64,000 nucleotides of DNA from the sequence record MN013077.1, one strand, 5' to 3'. The notes under the pieces are model-generated. The model saw nothing but the letters and a program-made list of their open reading frames with translations. It was not told where the DNA came from and ran no database searches. Each line of letters opens with the position of its first letter. The stretch's first letter is position 1. Source of the DNA: Klebsiella phage vB_KaeM_KaOmega. A program made the position numbers and the translations under genes. Shown here one piece after another: positions 49,875 to 59,048 of the stretch.

Positions 49875-50887
49875 TAATCTTCCTCTCCAACATAGAACTG
49901 ACTGCCTGCCAGGATTTCTTCAATCAAGCACTCCAGTGCCTGCTGACGAGTATTCTGCGAAGGATCGAGGTCAAGACCAAAGGCAACACCAATCTCCTCG
50001 ATCTCGTCCATATTGTACTCATCGAAATCTTTCGGGCACAAGGTGCTCAGGCGGAACACTTTTTTGTAACCGTCGTCCAGAGTGATGTCGAACTCGTCTC
50101 CCTGCGGGAAGTCTTCCGCTGACTTCACTTTTGTTTCTGGGAACGGCATGGATACAACCTCCGTGGTTGGCTTACCTTGCCCTTTGACCACCAAATCCCA
50201 CCACTCTTTTGGTGATAAATCACCACGTGCCTCTTCACAAGTGGTTGCGCCATATCCCACCAACCCTCCGTCGGGGGTCTTCATCAAAACCCCAGGCTTT
50301 CCATTATCATTGACAATGGCGATTTCAGGTTGATTAGGTGCAGCCTTCTCCAGCCTTTCACGCATCTCTTCTGCGGTCAGGTAGATTTCCCCTGCACGTT
50401 CGAACAACTCAGCCAGTTCAATAGGTGTCAGGACCTCAGCCATCATCCCGTAGAACTTCTCTTTGAAGAGACGTTCATAAAACTTGCTACGGGCGATCAC
50501 GTGGGCACTATCACCACCAGACCCCAACTGAACGTTGTGGAACATGAAATAACAACCGTCTTCGCAAATACGCTCGTCCCCTGCCAGGAAGATCGTGGTT
50601 GCTGCACTGGCGCATTCACCGATAGCACGAGTAATGATCTTCGCCTTGCTGTCACGGAAAGCAGCGAGGTACATGTCGGCAATGTCTACGCGCCCGCCCG
50701 GGGACGTAATCAGGATTTCAATAACATCCTCTTCCTCTGCGGTCCGAATCATGTCCAAACCCTCGAAGTGGTTTCGCGGATCGTTGTCCAGTTCGGTCAC
50801 ATAGAGACGCCAGTCACGGCGCTCTTGAGGGGTACACCACAGATTACCACGGTAAGTCTGGTCAACGGTATCAAATTGCTCTTCCAT
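49874..50887 (-). CDS. ClpP-family serine protease with ~150-aa C-terminal extension
   Basis: ILITSPGGRV, GECASAAT (Ser) and FMFHNVQLGSGG (His) match the ClpP catalytic motifs. Confidence 0.7.
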   Translation of the reverse strand: MEEQFDTVDQTYRGNLWCTPQERRDWRLYVTELDNDPRNHFEGLDMIRTAEEEDVIEILITSPGGRVDIADMYLAAFRDSKAKIITRAIGECASAATTIFLAGDERICEDGCYFMFHNVQLGSGGDSAHVIARSKFYERLFKEKFYGMMAEVLTPIELAELFERAGEIYLTAEEMRERLEKAAPNQPEIAIVNDNGKPGVLMKTPDGGLVGYGATTCEEARGDLSPKEWWDLVVKGQGKPTTEVVSMPFPETKVKSAEDFPQGDEFDITLDDGYKKVFRLSTLCPKDFDEYNMDEIEEIGVAFGLDLDPSQNTRQQALECLIEEILAGSQFYVGEED

Positions 50888-51363
50888 CAGGCCCCCTTGT
50901 TCAGTTCAGTACGGACACGAATGTGGTTCTGGAGAATCCACTCGATAACCTGCGAGCGGTCAGAGTCCACGATCACTTCATGGTGACGCTTAAACATATC
51001 GAGAATCTTCTGTGCCTCTACGGCGTATCGCGCCGCCCGGTCGATAAACAGCAAACGATCCTTTGCTTCGCTGGTCACCGGACAGAGTTCACTCGGAACC
51101 TCGATGTCCGACAGGTGGTCAACAATTTCCTGGCGTTCAGAGAACATCAGGTTCACCTCTTGGTCGATCGGCATAGAGAGGTTGAACAGTTTGTACCAAA
51201 AGCCTGTTTTAACATTCTGCTTACGGATGGCGATGATCTCTTCCTTCATGTTGAGAAAGAGGAGTTCTGCCAGATCCTCAAGGCGTTCGGCATCCACCGC
51301 GCCACAGTTTTTAAGCTCCATCAGCTTACGATGTTCAACCGTAGCGAAAATACCCTTATCCAT
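50887..51363 (-). CDS. hypothetical protein
   Basis: Start moved to MDKGIFATVEH at 51363 (AGGGAGAG SD) to avoid a 70-nt overlap. Confidence 0.45.
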   Translation of the reverse strand: MDKGIFATVEHRKLMELKNCGAVDAERLEDLAELLFLNMKEEIIAIRKQNVKTGFWYKLFNLSMPIDQEVNLMFSERQEIVDHLSDIEVPSELCPVTSEAKDRLLFIDRAARYAVEAQKILDMFKRHHEVIVDSDRSQVIEWILQNHIRVRTELNKGA

Positions 51364-51373
51364 AAACTCTCCC

Positions 51374-51721
51374 TTAGATACCGACGAGGTAGTGAAATTT
51401 TCCGTCATCTGACGTAATTTTGTCAATAACGTAGTACCACTCATTGATACCTCGCTTAACAGGAATGCTTACCCGGTCCCCCGGTGACAACTGCACGTCC
51501 GACACGTGCTCAATCGCCTCTCGGAAATAACGCCAGTGTGTCATCTCCTTGAAAGCACAGATCCGCTTGTTGGACCCATCCACGGTCCAAAGCGCTTGGT
51601 TGGCCCACTGGCCTACCGACCACTTCCCGGTCTTCTTATCCTTACCCAGTGCATAGGCGCTGTTAAGGTTATTCCGATTTAATGCCACGCTTGTTCTCCA
51701 TACTGACCAAAAACTTCTCAA
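51374..51721 (-). CDS. hypothetical protein
   Basis: 115-aa track ORF. Confidence 0.45.
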   Translation of the reverse strand: MRSFWSVWRTSVALNRNNLNSAYALGKDKKTGKWSVGQWANQALWTVDGSNKRICAFKEMTHWRYFREAIEHVSDVQLSPGDRVSIPVKRGINEWYYVIDKITSDDGKFHYLVGI

Positions 51722-52265
51722 GGACTTCGTGGTTTTTATCGTGCAGAAGGTTCAAGGTACGGATACCCTGCTTCTTCGCCAGATTTACCGCCGTCGCCGT
51801 TCCACCTTTCGGGTCTCCCTTCTTGGTTTCGAGGGCGTAATATAGCACAAATTTACTCTGGTTCAAGTACGCATTGCCAAGATCGGCACCGAACAACTGG
51901 TGTACGTTCCGTTCATGGAGCTTGCGAGCACCTTGGGATAACCTCTCCCACCCACCATGCACTTCCTTCACCCAATCCCAACGCATCTCTGCGTGTTCCG
52001 GGAACTGTCTGTCCACAGCGTCCAAAGTGATGTCCCACGTATTGACAAGGCCATCACCACCTGTGAAACCTCTCCAAGGAATGAAGATCTCACATTTTGC
52101 ACCTTCAAATCTCTGCGCTCCACGTTGGAACGCCGCATCTGCCCCGGCAGCTTTACCGGAACGCAAAACAAACCCCATGCGGGCCAGTCGGTAAGCGGCG
52201 TCCTCCATGACGCCTACGACTTCAGCCGGGGTTTCACGGGAACCAATCCCGGTGTATGCCGTCAT
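51669..52265 (-). CDS. SLOG-superfamily Rossmann protein (DprA/Smf-like, DUF2493-like)
   Basis: GIGSRETP...RSGKAAGADAAFQRGA...GGTATAVNLAKKQG matches the DprA/SLOG nucleotide-binding pattern. Confidence 0.55.
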   Translation of the reverse strand: MTAYTGIGSRETPAEVVGVMEDAAYRLARMGFVLRSGKAAGADAAFQRGAQRFEGAKCEIFIPWRGFTGGDGLVNTWDITLDAVDRQFPEHAEMRWDWVKEVHGGWERLSQGARKLHERNVHQLFGADLGNAYLNQSKFVLYYALETKKGDPKGGTATAVNLAKKQGIRTLNLLHDKNHEVLEKFLVSMENKRGIKSE

Positions 52266-52267
52266 TA

Positions 52268-53014
52268 TTACTCCTGATTTAAGTCACGCTCCCGCGCCTT
52301 AACCACTGCCTTACAGAACGGGCTACGGACGATATCGTCACTGGAACCTTCAACAAACTCTGCCAGATGGAAGAGATTGTGACGATCGATAAACTCAATC
52401 GCCCAGTCCAGCCCGGATTCACGGCCCTTCATGTCGTTCTGAGTGACATCCCCCAGGCAGAACATTTTGGAACCCTCACCCAGTCGTGTCATGATCGTGT
52501 ATGCAGTCTCTTCGTCCGTGTTCTGGAACTCGTCGATGATAACCACAGAATCCTCAAAGGATCGACCACGCACGTACTCCAGAGGAACGAACTCAATGTT
52601 CTTGTTGTTCAACTGGGTCTCGTAGTAGTTCGCTCCGTAGCGATCCTTGACCACCTGAACCAGCGCCGCGAGGTACGGTTCAAATTTCTCTCGGATATCG
52701 CCCGGCAGCAGGCCCAAACTGTTACCCATGCCCACGGTTGGGCGGGACAGGACGATCTTTTTAATCTTCCCAGATTTGAGCCAGTCAATGACGGTACTCA
52801 TCACAACGAAAGTCTTACCAGTGCCAGCGGGGCCGTTGACAAACACGGCATCCTTCTGGTTTACCGCGCTCAAAAGGCTTTTCTGGAAGTGGGTACGGGT
52901 TTGGATAGCCTTAGCCAGTTCCACCTCTTCCTTGGCACGTGGTGTTACCACACGCTCACGGCTTGCCTTCTTCTCACGGCGAGATTGACGCTCTTGACGA
53001 TTGTTATGACGCAT
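52268..53014 (-). CDS. phoH: PhoH-like ATPase
   Basis: Walker A VNGPAGTGKTFV; conserved PhoH C-terminal region. Confidence 0.8.
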   Translation of the reverse strand: MRHNNRQERQSRREKKASRERVVTPRAKEEVELAKAIQTRTHFQKSLLSAVNQKDAVFVNGPAGTGKTFVVMSTVIDWLKSGKIKKIVLSRPTVGMGNSLGLLPGDIREKFEPYLAALVQVVKDRYGANYYETQLNNKNIEFVPLEYVRGRSFEDSVVIIDEFQNTDEETAYTIMTRLGEGSKMFCLGDVTQNDMKGRESGLDWAIEFIDRHNLFHLAEFVEGSSDDIVRSPFCKAVVKARERDLNQE

Positions 53015-53029
53015 AGTACCTCCTAACGA

Positions 53030-53413
53030 TTAGGGATATTGCTTAAATGGAAGCTGGAAGTGTGGACCATCCTTAAAGGTGGTCCAGTCACCGCCCCATT
53101 CAAGCGGTACGCCGAGTTCCTTCGCTGCTGCCTTCATAGCATCCGCCAGAGGATAGTAATACTTCCAATCCCAACTGACTTTGCCATCAACCAGAGGCCA
53201 AAGATCCACTGCGTGGCCTGTCAAGTGACGACTATTCATCGTCTTGCTCTTGCCCTCGGCAACGTACTTACGCTGGGTTTCGATGGTCCGAAGACCCTCC
53301 CCAACGGTGAAGTCCCGGTCTACCTTAGTCAGTGCAAGTTTGACAACCTTAACGAGGTCCGGATGGACCCCTTTCAGGCGCTCAAGGCTACGTTTGCCCA
53401 GTACAAATGCCAT
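53030..53413 (-). CDS. endolysin, L-alanyl-D-glutamate peptidase (peptidase M15)
   Basis: SRHLTGHAVDL and the overall sequence resemble T5 Lys (SKHITGDAIDF). Confidence 0.8.
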   Translation of the reverse strand: MAFVLGKRSLERLKGVHPDLVKVVKLALTKVDRDFTVGEGLRTIETQRKYVAEGKSKTMNSRHLTGHAVDLWPLVDGKVSWDWKYYYPLADAMKAAAKELGVPLEWGGDWTTFKDGPHFQLPFKQYP

Positions 53414-53421
53414 ATTACTCC

Positions 53422-53835
53422 TTATTGCAGGGTTGGCTTACTTACGACGCCATAAAGAAGCTCCTGCTGCACTTCCTCAAGCGCCGGGATGATCTGGAGA
53501 TTCATCTCCGAGATCGCATCCTGATACAGAAGATCAGAATGATATTGCTTCAGATAAACCGGATTCAGCGCCGCCAAATGCTCGGTGAAGATGTTCCGCA
53601 GTTTATTGTGATAATCTTCCCCGGCAAGAAGATTGACCAGCTTTTCTTGGTCACGAATGCGGCGAACATCATCTGCCGTCTTGTCTTCGATATCCTGAAG
53701 AAACTCCAGAGTCTCCTCAGCCACCTCAAGCTGCGGGTCGATATTCATTGCCGCCAGTCGGTCCGCCACGATGTGTACCAGATCCAGATGCGCTGCGTCC
53801 GGAGAAACTACGGTATTCTCAGCCAGTTCACTCAT
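53422..53835 (-). CDS. hypothetical acidic protein (no TM, so not an obvious holin)
   Basis: Start moved to MSELAENTVV at 53835 (AAGGAGA SD). Confidence 0.45.
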   Translation of the reverse strand: MSELAENTVVSPDAAHLDLVHIVADRLAAMNIDPQLEVAEETLEFLQDIEDKTADDVRRIRDQEKLVNLLAGEDYHNKLRNIFTEHLAALNPVYLKQYHSDLLYQDAISEMNLQIIPALEEVQQELLYGVVSKPTLQ

Positions 53836-53845
53836 TCCCTTCTCC

Positions 53846-54136
53846 TTACAGTTCGCCAATGTCGAAATCGCCAGCTTTGACGACTTCTTTTTCAGACTCA
53901 AAGTGAGCCACTAACTCAGTGTACCCGCCGATGTAACGATCGTCAAGGAAAATCTGCGGCACTGTGGCAGCAGGTCGCCCCGTCGCATCTTTCACCCAAG
54001 CGTTCATTTGCATGAAGAACACTTCGTCCTCCAGAACATCCTTGTACGTGAACTCCAACAGTTTGGACTGAAGCAGTTCCTTGGCCCGCACACAGTACGG
54101 GCAGTTTTCCTTACCGAACACTGTAAAGTACATCAA
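53846..54136 (-). CDS. glutaredoxin
   Basis: CPYC active site (GKENCPYCVRAKELL); 96 aa. Confidence 0.75.
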   Translation of the reverse strand: MMYFTVFGKENCPYCVRAKELLQSKLLEFTYKDVLEDEVFFMQMNAWVKDATGRPAATVPQIFLDDRYIGGYTELVAHFESEKEVVKAGDFDIGEL

Positions 54137-54357
54137 ACCTCCACGAACATAGCCAATACGGGCGACTTGGCATCGAAGTAATCTACGTGCGCCTCCAGCG
54201 GACCGTGGTTCTCAAAAGTCCCCAACGTGTGAGGGATGCCGTCAGCGTCATAGACCAAGTTCAGGTCTTTGCTGTATTTGTACACAGAACCCGGCTTAAA
54301 CGGGTTATCCATACTCTTTGCTGCCACTTTGCAATAGACATCCTGCAAATCTTCCAT
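54133..54357 (-). CDS. hypothetical protein
   Basis: 74 aa. Confidence 0.45.
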   Translation of the reverse strand: MEDLQDVYCKVAAKSMDNPFKPGSVYKYSKDLNLVYDADGIPHTLGTFENHGPLEAHVDYFDAKSPVLAMFVEV

Positions 54358-54578
54358 TATTCCTCCACGATTTCAAAAGTTGCCACAATCGCGCTGTCTT
54401 CATCGCAACAAGCGGCACGAACCGTAACCCCATCAGGTTCTAATTCCCAGTTGTGATCAGTTTCGTCGATGGAATCGTTGTCAGCAACGCCATACTCCAA
54501 GTCTGCCCCGTACACCTTTCCGATGGTGAAGAATTTTCCATACCCATTACCAACGGTCTTACATTTCAGCTTTGCCAT
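54357..54578 (-). CDS. hypothetical protein
   Basis: Start moved to MAKLKCK at 54578 (AAGGAGG SD). Confidence 0.45.
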   Translation of the reverse strand: MAKLKCKTVGNGYGKFFTIGKVYGADLEYGVADNDSIDETDHNWELEPDGVTVRAACCDEDSAIVATFEIVEE

Positions 54579-54588
54579 AAAAACCTCC

Positions 54589-55686
54589 TTACAGGTCCAT
54601 ATTGAAGTCGGACGCACTCATTGAAGAATCAACCTGACCGGACAGATACTGACCGTTCTCGGTTTCCTGTGGTGTTACTTGGACGTTCCCGGTGTTCAGG
54701 TGGCTGTTGATCCACGGGATGGGGTTCTTGGTCGGCTTGCCGATCAGTTCACCCAGGCCAACTGCTCGCATACGCTGGTCGGTGATGTAGTCGATATAAC
54801 CGTCCAGCATACCTTTGTTCAGACCGATCATAGAACCGTCTTTGAACAGGAAGCTGCCCCAGTCTTTCTCCTGCACCGATGCGTCGATAAAGCCCTGTCG
54901 TGCCTCTTCGTAGCAATCTTCTGCCACACGTGCAAACAGGTCACCTTCGTTACCGTTCTGCATTTCTTTCAGCATATACTGAGTTCCAGACAAATGCAAG
55001 GCTTCATCACGTGCAATCAGTTCGATAATGTTGGTATTGCCCAGCATCACTCCGCGCTCACCAAAAGCAAACGAGCAGGCAAAGCTCACGTAGAAGCGGA
55101 TCGCTTCCAGTGCGTTGATATTGTGCAGGCACAGGTACAGCGCACGGGCATGGGTGTACGGATCAACCGGAAGGTTCAGGGCCTTGCGGCAGTTCAGTTC
55201 GTACAGATCATCATACATCTTCGTCACCGCTTCAGCGCGGGCGATAATCTCCGGAGACTTCATGATATCGTCAAAGACGATCGATGGGTCAGCCAAGATG
55301 TTGCGGATGATGTGGGTGTATGAGCGAGAGTGGATTGTCTCACTAAACGCCCAAGTCTCAACCCAAGTTTCCAGGGTGGTGTCGGATACGATCGGCAGAA
55401 GGACTGCGTTCGGCCCACGGCCCTGTACAGAATCCAGAAGGATCTGGTACTTCAGGTTACTGATGAAGATGTGCTTCTCGTGATCCGGCAGGTTCATGTA
55501 GTCGATTCGGTCACGAGTGACGTTCACCTCTTCAGGACGCCAGAAGAACGCCAGTTGCTTCTCAATCAGCTTCTCGAACTTGGCATGTTTCTGCTGGTCA
55601 TAACGAGAAACGTTCGGTGTCTCGCCGAGGAACATCGGCTGAGTCAGGAAGTCGAATTTGTTCTGGTTGAAAGTGCTGTAAGACAT
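54589..55686 (-). CDS. nrdB: ribonucleotide reductase class Ia beta subunit
   Basis: [22 protein letters not shown]...[26 protein letters not shown] is near-collinear with E. coli NrdB; ATG at 55686 with AAAGGAGA SD. Confidence 0.85.
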   Translation of the reverse strand: MSYSTFNQNKFDFLTQPMFLGETPNVSRYDQQKHAKFEKLIEKQLAFFWRPEEVNVTRDRIDYMNLPDHEKHIFISNLKYQILLDSVQGRGPNAVLLPIVSDTTLETWVETWAFSETIHSRSYTHIIRNILADPSIVFDDIMKSPEIIARAEAVTKMYDDLYELNCRKALNLPVDPYTHARALYLCLHNINALEAIRFYVSFACSFAFGERGVMLGNTNIIELIARDEALHLSGTQYMLKEMQNGNEGDLFARVAEDCYEEARQGFIDASVQEKDWGSFLFKDGSMIGLNKGMLDGYIDYITDQRMRAVGLGELIGKPTKNPIPWINSHLNTGNVQVTPQETENGQYLSGQVDSSMSASDFNMDL

Positions 55687-55717
55687 TGTTTTCTCCTTTT
55701 CTCTAAACTTGTGGTCC

Positions 55718-55745
55718 ATTATACAGATGCCGGACCAAGTGTCAA
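55718..55745 (-). promoter_or_regulatory. sigma70 promoter TTGACA-N16-TATAAT for nrdB
   Basis: The minus strand reads GTGTTGACACTTGGTCCGGCATCTGTATAATGG upstream of the nrdB SD. Confidence 0.6.
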
Positions 55746-55757
55746 CACCCTAAGACA

Positions 55758-55785
55758 GAAAAACCGCCCCGAAGGGCGGTTTACT
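55758..55785. terminator. bidirectional terminator between nrdA and nrdB
   Basis: GAAAAA-CCGCCC-cgaa-GGGCGG-TTTACTATTT. Confidence 0.6.
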
Positions 55786-55954
55786 ATTTCAGGATTCTCT
55801 GCATATCCCGGTATATCGCCCGGTGATCCCTACAGGAGCACAAGTTTACACGATACCCGTTGTTGAGGACATCCTTTTTCATCCCTGCGTCGTAATCCTT
55901 GGTCCAACTAATCATCCGCCAGCGGCGGTAGATGAACCACCATAACACAGTCAT
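55784..55954 (-). CDS. putative 56-aa protein between nrdA and nrdB
   Basis: MTVLWWFIYRRWRMISWTKDY...; AAGGGG SD; the stop abuts the terminator. Confidence 0.3.
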   Translation of the reverse strand: MTVLWWFIYRRWRMISWTKDYDAGMKKDVLNNGYRVNLCSCRDHRAIYRDMQRILK

Positions 55955-55962
55955 ACGGCCCC

Positions 55963-58221
55963 TTACAGTTTGCAAGCACCACCGCCGCAACCATCATCAT
56001 CCTGATCGTTGCCGTCTTTGGTCTCTTGGTAGTACAGAGTCTTCAGCCCATGCTTATACGCCCACATGATGTCACGCAGCACGACCTTAATCGGCAGCTT
56101 ACCGCCCGGGAAATCCCAAGGCTTGTAGAAGGTGTTCGCCGACGCAGCTTGGTCGATGAACTTCTGCATGATTGCCACGAGGCCCAAATAAGGGAGCGGA
56201 GAATCCATGTCCCACTTGTACTCGTAGACCACGCTTGGGTCTTCTACCCCCGGCACCAACACTGGCAGCATCCCTGCGGAGGATTTCTTGAAGGAAATCG
56301 CATCACGAGGAGGCTCGAACCCGTTGGTGGAGTTGGTGATTTGGCTGGAGGTCTCACAAGGCATCATCGTGGACAGCGTAGAGTTACGCAGGCCATGAAG
56401 CGCGATGTCGAGGCGCAGCTTTTCCCAATCCATCTTCAGTTCCGCAGTGTGGAGGGCATCCACTTCTTTCTTGTAACGGTCGATCGGCAGAATGCCTTGG
56501 GAGTACGTGGTCTCATGGAAGAGATCACATTTACCCAGTTCTTTCGCCAGGTCAACCGACGCTTCCAGCAGGTAATACTGGAATGCTTCAGCCAGTTCGT
56601 GAACAGCGTTTGCTGCACGAGGATCGCTGTACTTCAGCCCGCGCTTCGCCAGGTAGTACGCCAAGTTGGTCCAGCCGATACCCAGTGTACGGCGCAGTTT
56701 AGTCTTCTCCGCAGCCAGTACCGGATAGTTCTGGTAGTCCAGCAGACGATCCAGAGCACGAACCAGTGTACGGACAGGCTCACGCATGTCTTCCAGGTTC
56801 TCAATCTTACCAAGGTTAATGGCAGACAGAGTACACAGGGCCACTTCACCCGGGTCTTTCGGGTCGTTAATGTCATTGATCGGGTGCGTCGGCAGCGCGA
56901 TCTCCATGCACAGGTTGGACTGTTTCACCGGGGCCTGTTTAGGGTCAAACGGGCTGTTGGTGTTGCAGTGGTCAACGTGCTGAACATAAATACGACCAGT
57001 TTGTGAACGCTCCTGCCCAAAGACAGAGAATGCGTCCGCCGCAGAGATAGACTTCTTCGCCACGGAAGGATCTGCTTCCAGTTCCTCGTAAAGCTGTTGG
57101 AATTTCTCCTGGTCAGAGAAGAAATACTCATACAGCTTACCACCTGCCACGTTAGGATGGAACAACGTGATGTTTTTGCCATGCTGAAGACGAGTGTACA
57201 GCAGCTTGTTGATCTGGAGGCCATAATCCACATGGCGAGCACGGGTGCTCTCGGTGCCACGGTTGTTCTTCAGAACGATCAGGCTCTCAAAATCCCAGTG
57301 CCACATCGGGTAGAAATAGTTAGCCGATGCCTTACGGACGCCGCCCTGAGAGGTCCACCCAAGAGACTCTTGGTACATACGGACAATCGGCACGGTGCCT
57401 GCGTGTTTAACCTCACCACCACGGATGGCTGCATCCTGACCACGAATCATACCGAAGTTCAGGCCGATCCCTGCACGTTGCGCCGCATACTTACCTTGTG
57501 CGGTGTTGGCATTAAAGATCTGGTTGATGTCGTCACCAGACTCGATCAGTACGCAAGAGCTAAACTGACGGGTCGGGGTACGAACACCTGCCATGATCGG
57601 GGTCGGTAAGGACACCTTCATCAGGGACACGTTCTCGTACAGATCAACAATTCGATCCAGACGGGTCTTTTTATCTTCCTTAGACAAGAGACCCATAGCG
57701 ATCAACATCAGCGCCATCTGAGGAGATTCGTAAATCTCCCCGGTAACACGGTTCTTGACCAGATACTTGTCTTCGTACTGGCGCATGGCGGCATAGGTGT
57801 AATCGAAGTCGCGGTCGTGAACGATCTTATCATTCAGGAAAGCAATCTCATCACGGGCGTAATCGTCCAGCAGGTGACGATCGTACTTGCCGTTGCCCAC
57901 GTTCAGATAAATCTGATGGAACAGGTCGAACGGCTGGAAATCACCATATGCCTCTTTACGGATCTTGAACAGCAGCAGTCGTGCAGCAGCGTACTGATAA
58001 TCCGGGTTCTGAACACTAATCAGGTCGGATGCCGCCTTAATCAGGGTTTCGTGAATGGCCTTTGTTGTTACGCCATCGAACATTTGGATCTGGGCTTTCA
58101 TAAGGATCTCTGATGCACAAACATCGAGACCCTCACATGCCCACTCTACCACACGGTTAGCCTTCTCGGCATCGAACTTCTCTGTCGAACCGGAATTTTT
58201 TACAACATTAATGCTGGTCAA
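55963..58221 (-). CDS. nrdA: ribonucleotide reductase class Ia alpha subunit
   Basis: 752 aa, collinear with E. coli NrdA (ATP-cone, ...GGGACKL C-terminus). TTG start at 58221 with AAGGAGA SD, and an in-frame stop 18 nt upstream. Confidence 0.85.
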   Translation of the reverse strand: MTSINVVKNSGSTEKFDAEKANRVVEWACEGLDVCASEILMKAQIQMFDGVTTKAIHETLIKAASDLISVQNPDYQYAAARLLLFKIRKEAYGDFQPFDLFHQIYLNVGNGKYDRHLLDDYARDEIAFLNDKIVHDRDFDYTYAAMRQYEDKYLVKNRVTGEIYESPQMALMLIAMGLLSKEDKKTRLDRIVDLYENVSLMKVSLPTPIMAGVRTPTRQFSSCVLIESGDDINQIFNANTAQGKYAAQRAGIGLNFGMIRGQDAAIRGGEVKHAGTVPIVRMYQESLGWTSQGGVRKASANYFYPMWHWDFESLIVLKNNRGTESTRARHVDYGLQINKLLYTRLQHGKNITLFHPNVAGGKLYEYFFSDQEKFQQLYEELEADPSVAKKSISAADAFSVFGQERSQTGRIYVQHVDHCNTNSPFDPKQAPVKQSNLCMEIALPTHPINDINDPKDPGEVALCTLSAINLGKIENLEDMREPVRTLVRALDRLLDYQNYPVLAAEKTKLRRTLGIGWTNLAYYLAKRGLKYSDPRAANAVHELAEAFQYYLLEASVDLAKELGKCDLFHETTYSQGILPIDRYKKEVDALHTAELKMDWEKLRLDIALHGLRNSTLSTMMPCETSSQITNSTNGFEPPRDAISFKKSSAGMLPVLVPGVEDPSVVYEYKWDMDSPLPYLGLVAIMQKFIDQAASANTFYKPWDFPGGKLPIKVVLRDIMWAYKHGLKTLYYQETKDGNDQDDDGCGGGACKL

Positions 58222-58239
58222 GCGGATCTCCTTATTGAA

Positions 58240-58470
58240 TTACTTAGCTTCAGGCTTTTTGACTTCGTACTGCTCAACATCTTCCTCGGAAGCCGCACCG
58301 AGGCGGATTGTTTTACCGGAGTACGGGTCGTGGTACGTGTCGTCGTAACCCATCGACTCATCACACAGGTCGTTGAACTGCAACCAGCCAATATACTCGG
58401 CTTTGCTTTGGAAGCCACGTTTGAACCACTTAGTCTGCTCATCCGGAACAGCATTGTTTTTCTTCGCCAT
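58240..58470 (-). CDS. hypothetical protein
   Basis: 76 aa; AAAGGAG SD. Confidence 0.5.
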   Translation of the reverse strand: MAKKNNAVPDEQTKWFKRGFQSKAEYIGWLQFNDLCDESMGYDDTYHDPYSGKTIRLGAASEEDVEQYEVKKPEAK

Positions 58471-58472
58471 GA

Positions 58473-58967
58473 TTATGCTCCTTTCACCAGGTTGAAAATG
58501 TCATCCATGTCATCGAACTCTGGCAAGTCCATGACGATCACGTCGCTACGATCCTCGCGTTTGGTGTACTTGCGAGTGTTGACCTTTTCCACAGACGGAA
58601 TGTCGAACGACAAGGAGTTCACCAGTGCAGCACCAACGGCACTGTTCACGTCGAGGACATCTACTTTATCATAAATTCCCACGAACGGGAAGTCACGTTC
58701 ATCACGCAGACGACCTGAGAAAATGGTTGTCGTGCGGAACATGTAAGGCTTATCAGCACATCGGACATTTACGCCGTCCATGCGGTCAATCTTGCATGGG
58801 ACGTACAGACCAGTCTCTTCATTCAGGACAGAGACCTCAAATCCGATCAGGTGCAACACTTGGCGAAGAGTTTCCTTTTTCTTCATGTCCTTTCCAAGAA
58901 ACTTTGCACACTCGACGATGAAATCCAGAGTCACAGAGCCATATTTAATATTTTTACCGAAAGCCAT
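58473..58967 (-). CDS. hypothetical protein
   Basis: Start moved to MAFGKNIKYG at 58967 (GAGGAGA SD); 164 aa. Confidence 0.5.
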   Translation of the reverse strand: MAFGKNIKYGSVTLDFIVECAKFLGKDMKKKETLRQVLHLIGFEVSVLNEETGLYVPCKIDRMDGVNVRCADKPYMFRTTTIFSGRLRDERDFPFVGIYDKVDVLDVNSAVGAALVNSLSFDIPSVEKVNTRKYTKREDRSDVIVMDLPEFDDMDDIFNLVKGA

Positions 58968-59048
58968 TCTACATCTCCTCGTACACAAATTCCGGGGCCA
59001 ATGCCCCGGTCATAACAGAATAGGGTAAGGTTACTTCTTTGTCAAACT

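Noticed and set aside
53422-53835. Holin upstream of the endolysin
   Set aside because: The 137-aa protein is acidic with no transmembrane segment. No holin-like small TM protein flanks the endolysin in this window.
56026-57006. 326-aa plus-strand ORF, and other long plus ORFs such as 52367..53026, 54679..55323, 60329..60877, 60870..61529 and 44399..44983
   Set aside because: All lie antisense within well-supported minus-strand genes (nrdA, phoH, nrdB, nucleotidase, dnk, NTase), and lack SDs and homology. They are mirror-frame artefacts of GC-rich coding sequence.
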